Shown here in pieces: positions 29,808 to 39,535 of a DNA stretch of 64,000 nucleotides; within the stretch, counting starts at the first letter, position 1, and each line of letters begins with the position of its first letter. The stretch comes from Candidatus Wirthbacteria bacterium (GTDB lineage: Bacteria > Patescibacteriota > CG2-30-54-11). Where the stretch lies: assembly GCA_903889905.1 (NCBI GenBank), contig CAISZI010000053.1, positions 74,599-138,598 on the forward strand. The letters run 5' to 3'. The notes under the pieces are model-generated. The model saw nothing but the letters and a program-made list of their open reading frames with translations. It had not been told where the DNA came from and made no database searches. Made by a program: the position numbers and the translations under genes.

Positions 29808-31001
29808 ATGAATGTCTTGGCAGGCAAGCATATTGCACTTGGGGTGACAAGTAGTATCGCCGTTTATCGGGCTTGCGACATGGTTCGGTTGCTGCGTTCG
29901 GCTGGTGCCGAAGTCCACGTGGTGCTGACACGGCATGCGACGGAGATGATTTCACCCAAATTGTTTGCTTCCCTAAGTGGGCAAACTGTGGCGGTGGATG
30001 ATTTTGGGACGGGTGCGTCGTATAAACACCTGGACTTATCCAAAAGTGACCTGCTGCTGGTGTTGCCAGCGACCGCCAATTTTATTGGCAAGGCTGCCGG
30101 GGGCATTGCCGACGATCTGCTGAGTACCACTTACCTCGCCACCAATCCCAAACGGGTCATGATCGCACCAGCCATGAATACCCGTATGTGGGAGCATCCT
30201 GCGCTGCAACGCAACCTTAAACAGCTTGCAGCCATGGGCAGTCAGCTGCTGATGCCTGAAAACGGCAACCTGGCCTGCGGTGATGTGGGTATGGGACGGT
30301 TGATCAATCTGGGTGAGGCCATGGACGCAGTGGAATACTACTTTACGCCACATGACATGCGTGGGCTTAAGGTTTTGGTCACGGCTGGCCCGACCAAAGA
30401 AGCGATCGATCCGGTCCGGTTTATTTCCAATCATGCTTCCGGTCGCATGGGTATTGCCCTTGCCAAAAATGCCTGGTTGCGCGGTGCCGAAGTGGAACTT
30501 ATCAGCGGACCAACCGAACGCAAAGCGCCCTTGGGAGTGAAAGTAACAAAAGTAGTGACGGCAATCGACATGCACGCGGCAGTTTTGGCCAAAATTGATG
30601 TGGCAGATGTGTTTATTTCCTCTGCGGCAGTCAGTGACTTCCGGCCTGAGGCGGCCTCTGTCACCAAACTCAAGCGCGGCAAAACGAAAACCATGGAACT
30701 TAAATTGATCCTAAATCCAGATATTCTAGCGGATGTGGGTAACCGCCGCAACGCAACCCAGACAATCATCGGCTTTGCACTGGAATCCACTTTGGATACC
30801 GTGGAAGCCAAACGCAAATTAAAGGCGAAGCGTGCGGATTTAATTGTGCTGAATACGACCAAGGCGCTAGCCAGCAAACGCAATCAAGTGATACTGGTTG
30901 GCGAAGATAGCGTTGAAGACTTGCCTGAGATGTTCAAAGAACAAGTGGCCGATAGAATTCTTGATCGTATCGTTGCACTGAGAAAGGCGGGCAAACGTTG
31001 A
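29808..31001 (+). CDS. coaBC: Bifunctional PPC decarboxylase / PPC synthetase
   Basis: PATAN, PAMNTRMW, LACGDVGMGRL, TAGPTKEAIDPVRFISN, AAVSDF, GFALE. Confidence 0.95.
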   Translation: MNVLAGKHIALGVTSSIAVYRACDMVRLLRSAGAEVHVVLTRHATEMISPKLFASLSGQTVAVDDFGTGASYKHLDLSKSDLLLVLPATANFIGKAAGGIADDLLSTTYLATNPKRVMIAPAMNTRMWEHPALQRNLKQLAAMGSQLLMPENGNLACGDVGMGRLINLGEAMDAVEYYFTPHDMRGLKVLVTAGPTKEAIDPVRFISNHASGRMGIALAKNAWLRGAEVELISGPTERKAPLGVKVTKVVTAIDMHAAVLAKIDVADVFISSAAVSDFRPEAASVTKLKRGKTKTMELKLILNPDILADVGNRRNATQTIIGFALESTLDTVEAKRKLKAKRADLIVLNTTKALASKRNQVILVGEDSVEDLPEMFKEQVADRILDRIVALRKAGKR

Positions 31002-31822
31002 AACGGCTGGGTATTGATTTTGGCGCGAGTGTGATGGATGTGGCTTTGGAGGATGATGGAGAGATCGTACAGACCTGGTATTTCCCGAGTGGCACGTTTG
31101 CCTGTTCGGATGCTGGTCTGAAGCTGCTGCTCGTTGAGCTGAATCTGGGCAGACTGGATGAAGTGGTTGCCACGGGTGGACGCAGTGCTTTTTTGGCGGA
31201 CGCAGTCGCTGCCACGCCGTTGCGAAAGATTGGCGAAATTACGGCAATCGCCAGCGGTATCCGTAAGCTGGCAAATTATGCAAAGCCCATGCTGGGCGTG
31301 TGCATGGGAACTGGTACGGCGATGATTTATGACGATGGCAAACAGTCAACTTTTTTGGGTGGTTCTGCGGTGGGCGGAGGAACATTACTTGGATTGGGGA
31401 AACTGCTCCTGGGCACAGAGGATTATGACAAGATAGCCGCTTTGGCCAGATTGGGTCACGCCGATCAGATTGATTTAACGATTGCTGATATTGTCGGCAG
31501 CAGCATTGGGAAACTTGCGGGTGATGTGGTCGCGTCGCATTTTGGCAAAGTATTGAAAAAAGCGGATAATGCGCGTGCGGACATTGCCGCCGGGCTTATC
31601 CATCTGATCGCGGAAACGGTTGCACTGATTGCCATGGGGCAGGCCAGACAGTTTGGTCTGGATGAAGCAATGGTGGTGGGTCGATTGAGTGAAAACAAGC
31701 AAATGCAAACCATGATCATGCGTTCCGGACGTGATCACGATTTCCGTTTTGTATTGATAGCGCAAGCAAGTCTGGCGACGGTCATTGGAGCCTTGGCAGA
31801 TAGGCATTCCAATGGTGATTAG
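30998..31822 (+). CDS. Type II (Fumble/CoaW-like) pantothenate kinase
   Basis: GIDFG, ATGG, E, GTGT, GGSAVGGGTLLGL, DLTIADI, ASHFGK; overlaps the coaBC stop. Confidence 0.85.
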   Translation: MKRLGIDFGASVMDVALEDDGEIVQTWYFPSGTFACSDAGLKLLLVELNLGRLDEVVATGGRSAFLADAVAATPLRKIGEITAIASGIRKLANYAKPMLGVCMGTGTAMIYDDGKQSTFLGGSAVGGGTLLGLGKLLLGTEDYDKIAALARLGHADQIDLTIADIVGSSIGKLAGDVVASHFGKVLKKADNARADIAAGLIHLIAETVALIAMGQARQFGLDEAMVVGRLSENKQMQTMIMRSGRDHDFRFVLIAQASLATVIGALADRHSNGD

Positions 31823-31830
31823 CCGCAAAT

Positions 31831-32199
31831 TTGAAGGGAGACATGGTGGTCATTTTTGTTGCACACGCGTCAGCTTTTGATTTTCAGCACGAATTGTACT
31901 TGCCTCTGCAACACACGTTCAGTATGCATGAACTGATCTTGCCGCATGTGGACAAAACTGAACCTGTAAATACCAATGCAGCGATCCGCCGTTCAGATCT
32001 GGTGTTGGCCGAAGTTACTTTTCCATCGACTGGAGTGGGAATTGAATTGGGATGGGCCAATATGCTGGACAAGCCAATCATTGCACTCTGTCGTCATGAT
32101 GCCAAGCTGTCCTCTTCACTGACGCTGATTGTCGGGCAGGTGATCCATTATCGTGACGCCAGGGATATGATCAGTCAATTACAGCAGGTAATACACTAA
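31831..32199 (+). CDS. Nucleoside 2-deoxyribosyltransferase/RCL-like protein
   Basis: SDLVLAEVTFPSTGVGIELGWA...KPI signature. Confidence 0.7.
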   Translation: MKGDMVVIFVAHASAFDFQHELYLPLQHTFSMHELILPHVDKTEPVNTNAAIRRSDLVLAEVTFPSTGVGIELGWANMLDKPIIALCRHDAKLSSSLTLIVGQVIHYRDARDMISQLQQVIH

Positions 32200-32200
32200 C

Positions 32201-32977
32201 ATGGCGACTGTTTCGGACATTCAGGCCCTCAAGGGCAAACGTAAAATTGTTGCACTAACCTGTTATGATTACACCTTTGCCAAAATTTTAAATACTTTAG
32301 ACGTTGACGTCGTGTTGGTAGGGGACAGTATTGGCATGGTTTTGTTTGGGGAGAAAAATACGCACGCCGTCACGGTGCAGAAAATAGCCGCCCACACTGC
32401 GGCGGTGGCCAAAGGGTATACGCGCGGGCTGCTGGTGGCGGATATGCCACATCAGTCTTATCAGAATCCAGAGGCGGCGCTGGAAAATGCGCAAAAAATG
32501 ATCGTTGCCGGGGCCCAGGCCGTGAAATTGGAAGGTGGCCGGGAAATGTTGCCGCAAATTCAATATTTAATTGAAAATGGCATCGCCGTGGTTGGTCATC
32601 TTGGGCACTTGCCGCAAACGGCCGAGAAAATCAGGGTTCAGGGAAGGGATGAAGTGGGATTCATGCAGCTCAAGGCTGACGCTTTGGCATTAGCAAAGAC
32701 CGGGGTGAGCATGATTGTCCTGGAGCTTATGCCCACCGCTTTGGCGGGTGGAATTTCCCGGTCACTTTCGATACCGACCATCGGCATTGGCGCGGGAGTA
32801 GAAACTGACGGGCAGATTCTGGTTCTGCAGGATATGCTGGGACTTTATGATGATTTTTCCCCAAAATTTCTCAAAAGATTCGGAAATTTAAAAAAAGAGG
32901 TTGAAAACTCGGTAAAATCCTATATAACTGAGGTGACAGAAAAAATATACCCGGACGCGGACCACAGTTATTCCTAA
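32201..32977 (+). CDS. panB: 3-methyl-2-oxobutanoate hydroxymethyltransferase
   Basis: LTCYD, LVGDS.GMV, ADMP, VKLEGG, GH.G..PQ, TIGIGAG..DGQILV. Confidence 0.95.
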   Translation: MATVSDIQALKGKRKIVALTCYDYTFAKILNTLDVDVVLVGDSIGMVLFGEKNTHAVTVQKIAAHTAAVAKGYTRGLLVADMPHQSYQNPEAALENAQKMIVAGAQAVKLEGGREMLPQIQYLIENGIAVVGHLGHLPQTAEKIRVQGRDEVGFMQLKADALALAKTGVSMIVLELMPTALAGGISRSLSIPTIGIGAGVETDGQILVLQDMLGLYDDFSPKFLKRFGNLKKEVENSVKSYITEVTEKIYPDADHSYS

Positions 32978-32989
32978 CCTGGAGGCGAT

Positions 32990-33841
32990 ATGCTGGTAAT
33001 TGGCGAAGCTACGCAGCTGCGGGAAATGATTAGTTATTGGCGCAAAGAAGGTGACAGTATCGGATTGGTGCCGACCATGGGTTTTCTGCATGAAGGCCAC
33101 CTCAGCCTCGTCAGTGCAGCCCGCAAACAAAACAAAAAAGTCATCGTCAGCATCTTTGTTAACCCACTACAATTCGGGCCTAATGAAGATTTTGACACCT
33201 ATCCCCGCAATGCCGAACGTGATGTTGAGCTACTGGACAAGGCTGGCTGTGATGTAATTTTTATGCCAGACGCCAGGACGTTTTATGGAAATTCATTTCA
33301 ATCGCACGTGGAAGTAGAAAATTTATCCAAAATTTTAATTGGTGAGTTCCGGCCTGGACATTTTCGCGGCGTCACCACGGTTTGTGCCAAATTATTCAAT
33401 ATCGTCATGCCGGATCGGGTGTATTTTGGCCAAAAAGATTTTCAGCAGGTCGCGGTGATCAGGCAGATGGTGCATGATTTGAACTTTCCGCTGGAAATCA
33501 ACATGCTGCCGATCGTACGTGAGCCTTCGGGACTGGCCATGAGTTCGCGGAATGCACTGCTCACTTCTGAACAAAAACAGCAAGCAACGGCACTTTCGGC
33601 TGCGGTGAAAACTGGCAACGAAACGTTTGAGAATGGCGTGCATGATGCACGACTGATCGAAGCGGCTGCGCGTAAGGTGATCGAACAACATGCGCCTGGT
33701 TTTACCATCGCCTATGTCGTGGTGGTGGATGCCAAAACGCTTTCACTGGTTTTGGACAAAGCCAAAGACAGCGATGTGCTGCTGGTGGAAGCCTATGCTG
33801 ACAAGGTTCGCTTGTATGACAATATTGTGCTGTCCAATTAG
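32990..33841 (+). CDS. panC: Pantoate--beta-alanine ligase
   Basis: VPTMGFLHEGH, FVNPLQF, RPGHFRGV, FGQKD.QQ, GLAMSSRN. Confidence 0.96.
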   Translation: MLVIGEATQLREMISYWRKEGDSIGLVPTMGFLHEGHLSLVSAARKQNKKVIVSIFVNPLQFGPNEDFDTYPRNAERDVELLDKAGCDVIFMPDARTFYGNSFQSHVEVENLSKILIGEFRPGHFRGVTTVCAKLFNIVMPDRVYFGQKDFQQVAVIRQMVHDLNFPLEINMLPIVREPSGLAMSSRNALLTSEQKQQATALSAAVKTGNETFENGVHDARLIEAAARKVIEQHAPGFTIAYVVVVDAKTLSLVLDKAKDSDVLLVEAYADKVRLYDNIVLSN

Positions 33842-34476
33842 TCGTCCGTGAAGTTGATTTCACGCAGCTGTTGCAAATGCACGGTTGAGATTTCACCTTG
33901 CCGCAGCAGCGTAAACGGCGTTGTGGTGAGATCAATGACGGTAGAGGCTGTGCCAGATCCCAGTTTGTGATCAATGGCCAGGTCAACTTGTTCCAGGAAT
34001 TCAGGATCGATCTGGTTGTATGATTGGGGTGGCTCAGCACCTTTGAAGTTGGCGCTGCTGGCGACAACGGGATTCTTGTTGAGTTCGATCAGTTGCAGGG
34101 TGAGGGCGTGGTTGGGCAGCCGAATACCGATCTTGGGTCTGTCGCCACAGATCAGGTCTAGCCCGATATTGTATTGGCTGTCTTGTCGGCGATGCAATAG
34201 GATCGTCAGCGCGCCGGGCCAGAACTTGAGCAGGATTTTTTCGGCTTCGGGGGATAATTTTTGGTCCGACAGGTATTGAATCTGGTCAATCGAGGAAATC
34301 AGCACGGCGGTTGGCATGTCATCGGAGCGACGCTTGACTTCATACAGCTTGCGAATCGCAAAAGGTGAGGCCAGTGACGCACCAATGCCATAGACAGTGT
34401 CGGTAGGGAAAACCACCACGCCATTGTTTTGTAAGTGATAGGCGCCGTTTAAAGCTAATGCTTTGAGTGTGCTCAT
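33838..34476 (-). CDS. tsaC: Threonylcarbamoyl-AMP synthase (Sua5/YrdC)
   Basis: FPTDTVYG, K.R, FWPGALT, SSAN, STVID, RQG. Confidence 0.93.
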   Translation of the reverse strand: MSTLKALALNGAYHLQNNGVVVFPTDTVYGIGASLASPFAIRKLYEVKRRSDDMPTAVLISSIDQIQYLSDQKLSPEAEKILLKFWPGALTILLHRRQDSQYNIGLDLICGDRPKIGIRLPNHALTLQLIELNKNPVVASSANFKGAEPPQSYNQIDPEFLEQVDLAIDHKLGSGTASTVIDLTTTPFTLLRQGEISTVHLQQLREINFTDD

Positions 34477-34488
34477 ATTGGTTCTTTT

Positions 34489-35511
34489 TTAGGCGTGAAC
34501 AACCACAATGCCGGGGTTGGAGAGCAGCATGGGAAATTCGATATTGCTGCTGGGCATGTACTGCAGGATGATGGTGCGCAGTTTTTCGAGTTGATAGGGG
34601 GCAACTTCCATGATCATGGCGCCGCCTTTGAGCAGATATTGCGGGGTTTGGGCCAGCAGCTTGCGATACGCGTCCAGTCCGTCTGCGCCAGCGGTGAAGC
34701 AGCGTTTGGGTTCAAAGGCAGTGATTTCAGGTTCCAGTTTGTCATAGACACTGTCGGGAATGTAGGGCAAATTGGCGACAATAATGTTAACCGGGTAAGG
34801 CATGGGTGAAAGCAGGTCGCCGTGCAGAAAAGCCACGTGTTGATCAAGTTTGAGCAGTCTGGCGTTAATCTTGGCAATTTCCAGCGCTTCTGTGGCCAGA
34901 TCCGTGGCATAGATTTTAATGTAATTGGCGTTTTTGGCAATGGCCAGAGCGATGTTGCCGCAACCCGTGCCAACGTCGACAAGCGCACAACTTTTATCGA
35001 CATTTTGCCCTTGTTTGATCGTCTGAATGGCGAGATCAACGATGGTTTCGGTTTCTGGTCGAGGGATCATAACGCGATTGTCCACCATAAAACTCATGCC
35101 GTAGAATTCCTTGTTACCGGCAATGTATGCCAGGGGTTCGCGTTTCATGCGGCGAGCCAGCAGGATTTGGAATTTGGTGTAGTCGGCTTCGGTAATTTTT
35201 TCGGTCCACTTTTTGACCAGTTGTTCTTTGGTGAGGCCAAGGCAGGACATGAGCAGCACTTCGGCGTCAAGGCGCGAGGTCTTGATACCAGCCTGGGCGA
35301 GCAGGATGGCGCTTTGGGCAACGACATTGGCCATCACCATCTGGCCAAGGTTGGTGACCTGTTTGATTTTGTCGTCCAGGTGATTTTCTTCCTGTGCTTT
35401 TTCGATCAGTGTCCAGTGGCCTTGGTCGTCTCTAACCAGTTCGGGTTTGGGAGCATTGTTTTGTTTTTGTTTGGGATCTGCTTCGGTGCGGATCTCGTTG
35501 ATGAAACTCAT
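34489..35511 (-). CDS. prmC: Release factor glutamine methyltransferase with N-terminal extension
   Basis: EPLAYI.G.KEFYG, IPRPETE, DVGTGCG, NLPY, G.DGL; overlaps the prfA stop. Confidence 0.93.
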   Translation of the reverse strand: MSFINEIRTEADPKQKQNNAPKPELVRDDQGHWTLIEKAQEENHLDDKIKQVTNLGQMVMANVVAQSAILLAQAGIKTSRLDAEVLLMSCLGLTKEQLVKKWTEKITEADYTKFQILLARRMKREPLAYIAGNKEFYGMSFMVDNRVMIPRPETETIVDLAIQTIKQGQNVDKSCALVDVGTGCGNIALAIAKNANYIKIYATDLATEALEIAKINARLLKLDQHVAFLHGDLLSPMPYPVNIIVANLPYIPDSVYDKLEPEITAFEPKRCFTAGADGLDAYRKLLAQTPQYLLKGGAMIMEVAPYQLEKLRTIILQYMPSSNIEFPMLLSNPGIVVVHA

Positions 35512-36596
35512 TTGTTGCCTCCTGACTGACTGAGTAATTCGGTCTGTTCCGCCACAATCAAGGGGTCGATGACACGGTCAAGGTTACCGGAGAGAAAATC
35601 CGGCATATTGGAAACGCTGAGGTGGATGCGATGGTCGGTAATCCTGTCCTGGGGAAAATTGTAGGTGCGGATTTTTTCACTACGGTCACCGGAACCAACC
35701 AGGCTATGGCGTTCGGAGCTGCGTTCCTGCTGCATTTTTTGTTGTTCCAGATCATAGAGTCTGGAGCGCAGGATACTCAGTGCTTTGGCTTTGTTTTTGA
35801 GCTGGGACCGTTCGTCCTGGCAGTTGACCACCAGTCCGGTGGGGATATGCGTCATACGTACAGCTGAGTCAGTGGTGTTGACGCCCTGTCCGCCATGGCC
35901 GCCAGCGCGGAAAACGTCGATTTTGAGGTCACCGGGATCAATGTGCAGGTCCAGTTCTTCGGCTTCGGGCATGACCAGTACAGTAGCCGTGGAAGTGTGA
36001 ATGCGACCGCTGGATTCAGTTACAGGCACGCGTTGGACGCGGTGCACGCCACTTTCGTATTTGAGCCGGCTGAACGCGCCCTGGCCATAAATGGCCACGA
36101 CTGCTTCCTTGATTCCACCCACACCATTTTCGCTTTGGGAGAGGATTTCGGAGCGCCAGACGCGGATATCGGCGTATTTCATGTAAGCGCGCATCAATTC
36201 CATGGCAAAGAGCCCGGCTTCGTCGCCGCCGGTGCCTGCCCGGACTTCGATGATCACGTTTTTGTCGTTGCGTACGTCTTTGGGCAGGAGCATGACTTTG
36301 AGCTCTTCTTCCAGCTGGAGCTGTTTGGCTTTGAGTTCTTCGAGTTCGGTTTTGGCCATGGCCTGCAATTCGGTGTCGGATTCAGTGTTGATCACGTCGA
36401 GCGCGCCTTCGATGTCGCTCAGGACGCGTTTGTAATAGGTAATTTTTTCGGCCATGGGGCGCAGGTCCGAGAGTTCGCTGCCGAGTTTTTGGATTTTGCC
36501 AATGTCGCCCATGGTTGAGGGTTCAGCGAGTTCGAGCTGGACGTCGTTGTAGCGGGTCAGGATGGTTTGCAGTTTGTCGAACATGGGGTGAATCAT
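35508..36596 (-). CDS. prfA: Peptide chain release factor 1
   Basis: VQRVPVTE (PxT), GGQ, RTYNFPQDR. Confidence 0.97.
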   Translation of the reverse strand: MIHPMFDKLQTILTRYNDVQLELAEPSTMGDIGKIQKLGSELSDLRPMAEKITYYKRVLSDIEGALDVINTESDTELQAMAKTELEELKAKQLQLEEELKVMLLPKDVRNDKNVIIEVRAGTGGDEAGLFAMELMRAYMKYADIRVWRSEILSQSENGVGGIKEAVVAIYGQGAFSRLKYESGVHRVQRVPVTESSGRIHTSTATVLVMPEAEELDLHIDPGDLKIDVFRAGGHGGQGVNTTDSAVRMTHIPTGLVVNCQDERSQLKNKAKALSILRSRLYDLEQQKMQQERSSERHSLVGSGDRSEKIRTYNFPQDRITDHRIHLSVSNMPDFLSGNLDRVIDPLIVAEQTELLSQSGGNK

Positions 36597-36671
36597 TAAT
36601 AAGTTGAAACAAGCATAAGTGGAAGGTTGTAGTTCGTCAATCGTTTGCGGCGCTAGAGCGATGTTTTGTAT

Positions 36672-36712
36672 AAAAAAACTGCCCTCCTATAGAGTCAGGA
36701 GAAGCAGTTTTT
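36672..36712 (-). terminator. Terminator downstream of rpmE
   Basis: AAAAAAACTGC-CCTCCT...AGGAG-AA-GCAGTTTTT imperfect hairpin. Confidence 0.6.
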
Positions 36713-36733
36713 AATGAATTCAAGAGGAGTCCG

Positions 36734-37132
36734 CTAGGCTTGCGGTGGAGCATCGCTAACTTCGGCGACGTCTTTGATAACGACTTTTTTGGGGCCTTTT
36801 TTGATGGCGTCAGCCTGCAGTTGTTCCTTGATGCGTTTGAGCAGCTCTTCGCTGGATTCTTCTTTGTGCTCTTCCTTGGCGGCGGTCACTTTTTTGACCA
36901 CTTTTTTGGGGGATTTCTCAGCGATTTTTTTGGCAGAGTCGATTTTCTTCTGGAAACGGTCTACCTGGCCGGCGGTATCCACGAGAACTTGTTTGCCCGT
37001 GAAAAAAGGATGGCATTTGTTACAAAGTTCGGTATGGATCTCGGGTTGCGTGCCCATGGTGATGACGGTATTGCCGCAGGAACCACAGACGATTTTGGTT
37101 TCCATGTATTTGGGATGAATGTCTTTCTTCAT
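36734..37132 (-). CDS. rpmE: 50S ribosomal protein L31 (Zn-binding type) with long charged C-terminal tail
   Basis: MKKDIHPKY, CGSC, CNKCHPFFTG, VDTAGQVDRF. Confidence 0.95.
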   Translation of the reverse strand: MKKDIHPKYMETKIVCGSCGNTVITMGTQPEIHTELCNKCHPFFTGKQVLVDTAGQVDRFQKKIDSAKKIAEKSPKKVVKKVTAAKEEHKEESSEELLKRIKEQLQADAIKKGPKKVVIKDVAEVSDAPPQA

Positions 37133-37343
37133 GTTATTCTCGGGCTTAATTTAGGACAAGCGGAGAGATTATAGCACAAGGGTTTGGGGAAAAGCTAGAA
37201 GATTTGAGGTGTTGCCATAAGGTGTTTTTGGTAGGGGATCTCCTTTTCCTTAATAATTAAGCAAAAAGTGGTATAATAATTAACTAATCAATAGTCAGTA
37301 GTCAGTCAAAACAGTAAAACTTAAATATATTGGAGGTAAAAGA

Positions 37344-38474
37344 ATGGGTTTCATGGACAAATTGACAGGTATTGCTGAAAGAATTGATGATACGTTAAAC
37401 GGAGGGTTGAATAAACTTGAGAGCGCTGTCGAGGAGCTTAATGCTGTTGTCGATGTCGTTGCAACGGCAGCTGAAGAGCGTATTAATAAAGTTCGCAAGA
37501 AAGTCCGCATACTAACCCGGGGCGAAAGGGAAATGAAGGAGCATCGTGCTGAAATCGAGGCCAAAATGTCTGCAATTTCAATAGCACAAGGTCAAAAAGG
37601 ACTGTATACCAGTGAAATTGCAACCATTGTGCAGCAATCGACTGATCTGGCCATAAGCCAGTTGGGAAGGTTTAATGCTCTGCAGGCAAACAGCACAGAG
37701 CAACTGGATGAGCTTTATGACGAGATAGTAAGGAATGTAACTGAATACGTGGTTCCGCCCGAGGTAAGACTCCGCCAACACGGAGCGGTGATGAGAGATA
37801 CAGTTGCTGCAATGGCTCAGCAAACCAAAGGTCAAAGGCTAGCTACCCGTGGAGATCAGGAGTCTGCTCGTAAAGCAGATGCCTATAAACAAGGAACAAT
37901 TGATTGGCAAAATGATGCCCGTGCTGCGGTGGAAAATTCTGAGTTTGTTATGGCTTTTTGGCAACAAGCCAAGCGCGAATTGATACGTGATCCTTTGATG
38001 AGCAAGACAATTAGCCAATTAAGGCAATCACATCCTGATTATAACCCCGAGAGCAATGCTTTGATGACAGCTGCCATGACAGCCGCAGCCAGTATCGAGT
38101 TCAACGTAACTGCCAATGAAGATCAGGTGAACATTCGTGCTAATTATAAATCGGGAGAATATTATCGGGAGATACTGTGGAAGCAGTTTGAAATCAAACT
38201 GCAAGAAGATGTGCAACGTGAGCGTGTTCGACGGATTGGAGAAAGTGGAGTGCCTGCTGCGCTTGTGCAGTATGCGATTGATGCTGCTGCGGCCAGAGAA
38301 ATCTATTCCCAATTTAATACCCAATCAAAAGCGCTTTGGAATCGGTTTGTTGATTTTTCTAGGGATCAAAATTTGCCAGTAGCGCAGCGTCCATATGCTC
38401 TTGAAATGTACGATTTAAACTTGACGAATGCCACCAGAGCCGATGCCATGCGATGGATTCTAAACAATCAATAA
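37344..38474 (+). CDS. Hypothetical helical/coiled-coil protein
   Basis: GGAGG RBS before the ATG; clean 376-aa ORF; no motif recognised. Confidence 0.75.
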   Translation: MGFMDKLTGIAERIDDTLNGGLNKLESAVEELNAVVDVVATAAEERINKVRKKVRILTRGEREMKEHRAEIEAKMSAISIAQGQKGLYTSEIATIVQQSTDLAISQLGRFNALQANSTEQLDELYDEIVRNVTEYVVPPEVRLRQHGAVMRDTVAAMAQQTKGQRLATRGDQESARKADAYKQGTIDWQNDARAAVENSEFVMAFWQQAKRELIRDPLMSKTISQLRQSHPDYNPESNALMTAAMTAAASIEFNVTANEDQVNIRANYKSGEYYREILWKQFEIKLQEDVQRERVRRIGESGVPAALVQYAIDAAAAREIYSQFNTQSKALWNRFVDFSRDQNLPVAQRPYALEMYDLNLTNATRADAMRWILNNQ

Positions 38475-38543
38475 TGACGGTATGCTGGGAGCTGGACAGC
38501 TTGATGTATAGTAGATAAGTCTCGCTCCTAAGATGAAATATTC

Positions 38544-39509
38544 ATGCAGAATTTTTGGTCACTGTTAACTAAACCATTTTCAATACTTGCCCCGGTTGAT
38601 GGCTACACCGACCCTGCTTACCGTGCGCTGGTGGCTGAAATTGCCAAGCCCGATGTCCTGGTCACGGAGTTTGTCTCGGCCGATGGACTTTGTTCCGTGG
38701 GCAAAGAGCATTTGTTGCAAATTTTGCGCTTCACTGAAGCTGAACGGCCGATCGTCGCGCAGTTGTTTGGTGCGCATCCAGACAATATGGAGCGCGCGGC
38801 GGCATTGGTGGCGGAACTGGGGTTTGACGGCATTGATCTCAACATGGGCTGTCCTGAGCGGATCATCGTGACCCAGGGTGCGGGCGCGGATTTAATCCGT
38901 CAGCCAGGGCTTGCGGTCAAGCTGATCAAGGCAACGATCCGCGGCGCTGCAGGACTTCCGGTTAGCGTCAAGACGCGTATTGGTTTCGGCCAGAATGAAG
39001 TCAGCACCTGGATTCCGTCATTGCTGGAGACTGGGATAACTGCCCTGACTTTGCATGGTCGCACGCGAACGGCCATGTACAGCGGCACGGCAGATTGGAA
39101 TGCGATTGCGGAGGCTGCCAAGCTTGCGCGTGAGGCGGGAGTGTTGGTTATTGGCAACGGCGACGTCAGCAGTCTTGAGGATGGCCGAGTCAGAGCAAGA
39201 CAGTATGGTACGGATGGGTTTATGGTTGCACGCGGGGCATTGGGGAATCCGTATTGCTTTGCTGAAGCTTTTGCTTCAACGCAACCTGACCTTGGGCTTA
39301 AGCTCAAGGCTATGACGCGCCACCTGGAACTGTTTGCAAGGCACCTTGCCGACGCCCGTAGCTTTGTCACCATGCGTAAGCATTTTGTGTATTATCTGCG
39401 CGGGTATGACAATACCAAGGATTTGAAGATGGCGCTGATGCTGGCGACAACCGCTGCCGACGTTGAGCGGCTGGTGCAGGATTTTGCGAAGCATAGAGGA
39501 ATTTGGTAA
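38544..39509 (+). CDS. dus: tRNA-dihydrouridine synthase
   Basis: LAP, TEF, QLFG, IDLNMGCP, SVKTRIG, HGRT, GNGD, RGALGNP. Confidence 0.93.
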   Translation: MQNFWSLLTKPFSILAPVDGYTDPAYRALVAEIAKPDVLVTEFVSADGLCSVGKEHLLQILRFTEAERPIVAQLFGAHPDNMERAAALVAELGFDGIDLNMGCPERIIVTQGAGADLIRQPGLAVKLIKATIRGAAGLPVSVKTRIGFGQNEVSTWIPSLLETGITALTLHGRTRTAMYSGTADWNAIAEAAKLAREAGVLVIGNGDVSSLEDGRVRARQYGTDGFMVARGALGNPYCFAEAFASTQPDLGLKLKAMTRHLELFARHLADARSFVTMRKHFVYYLRGYDNTKDLKMALMLATTAADVERLVQDFAKHRGIW

Positions 39510-39535
39510 GGTGGGCACATATAGGGGAGAAGATC

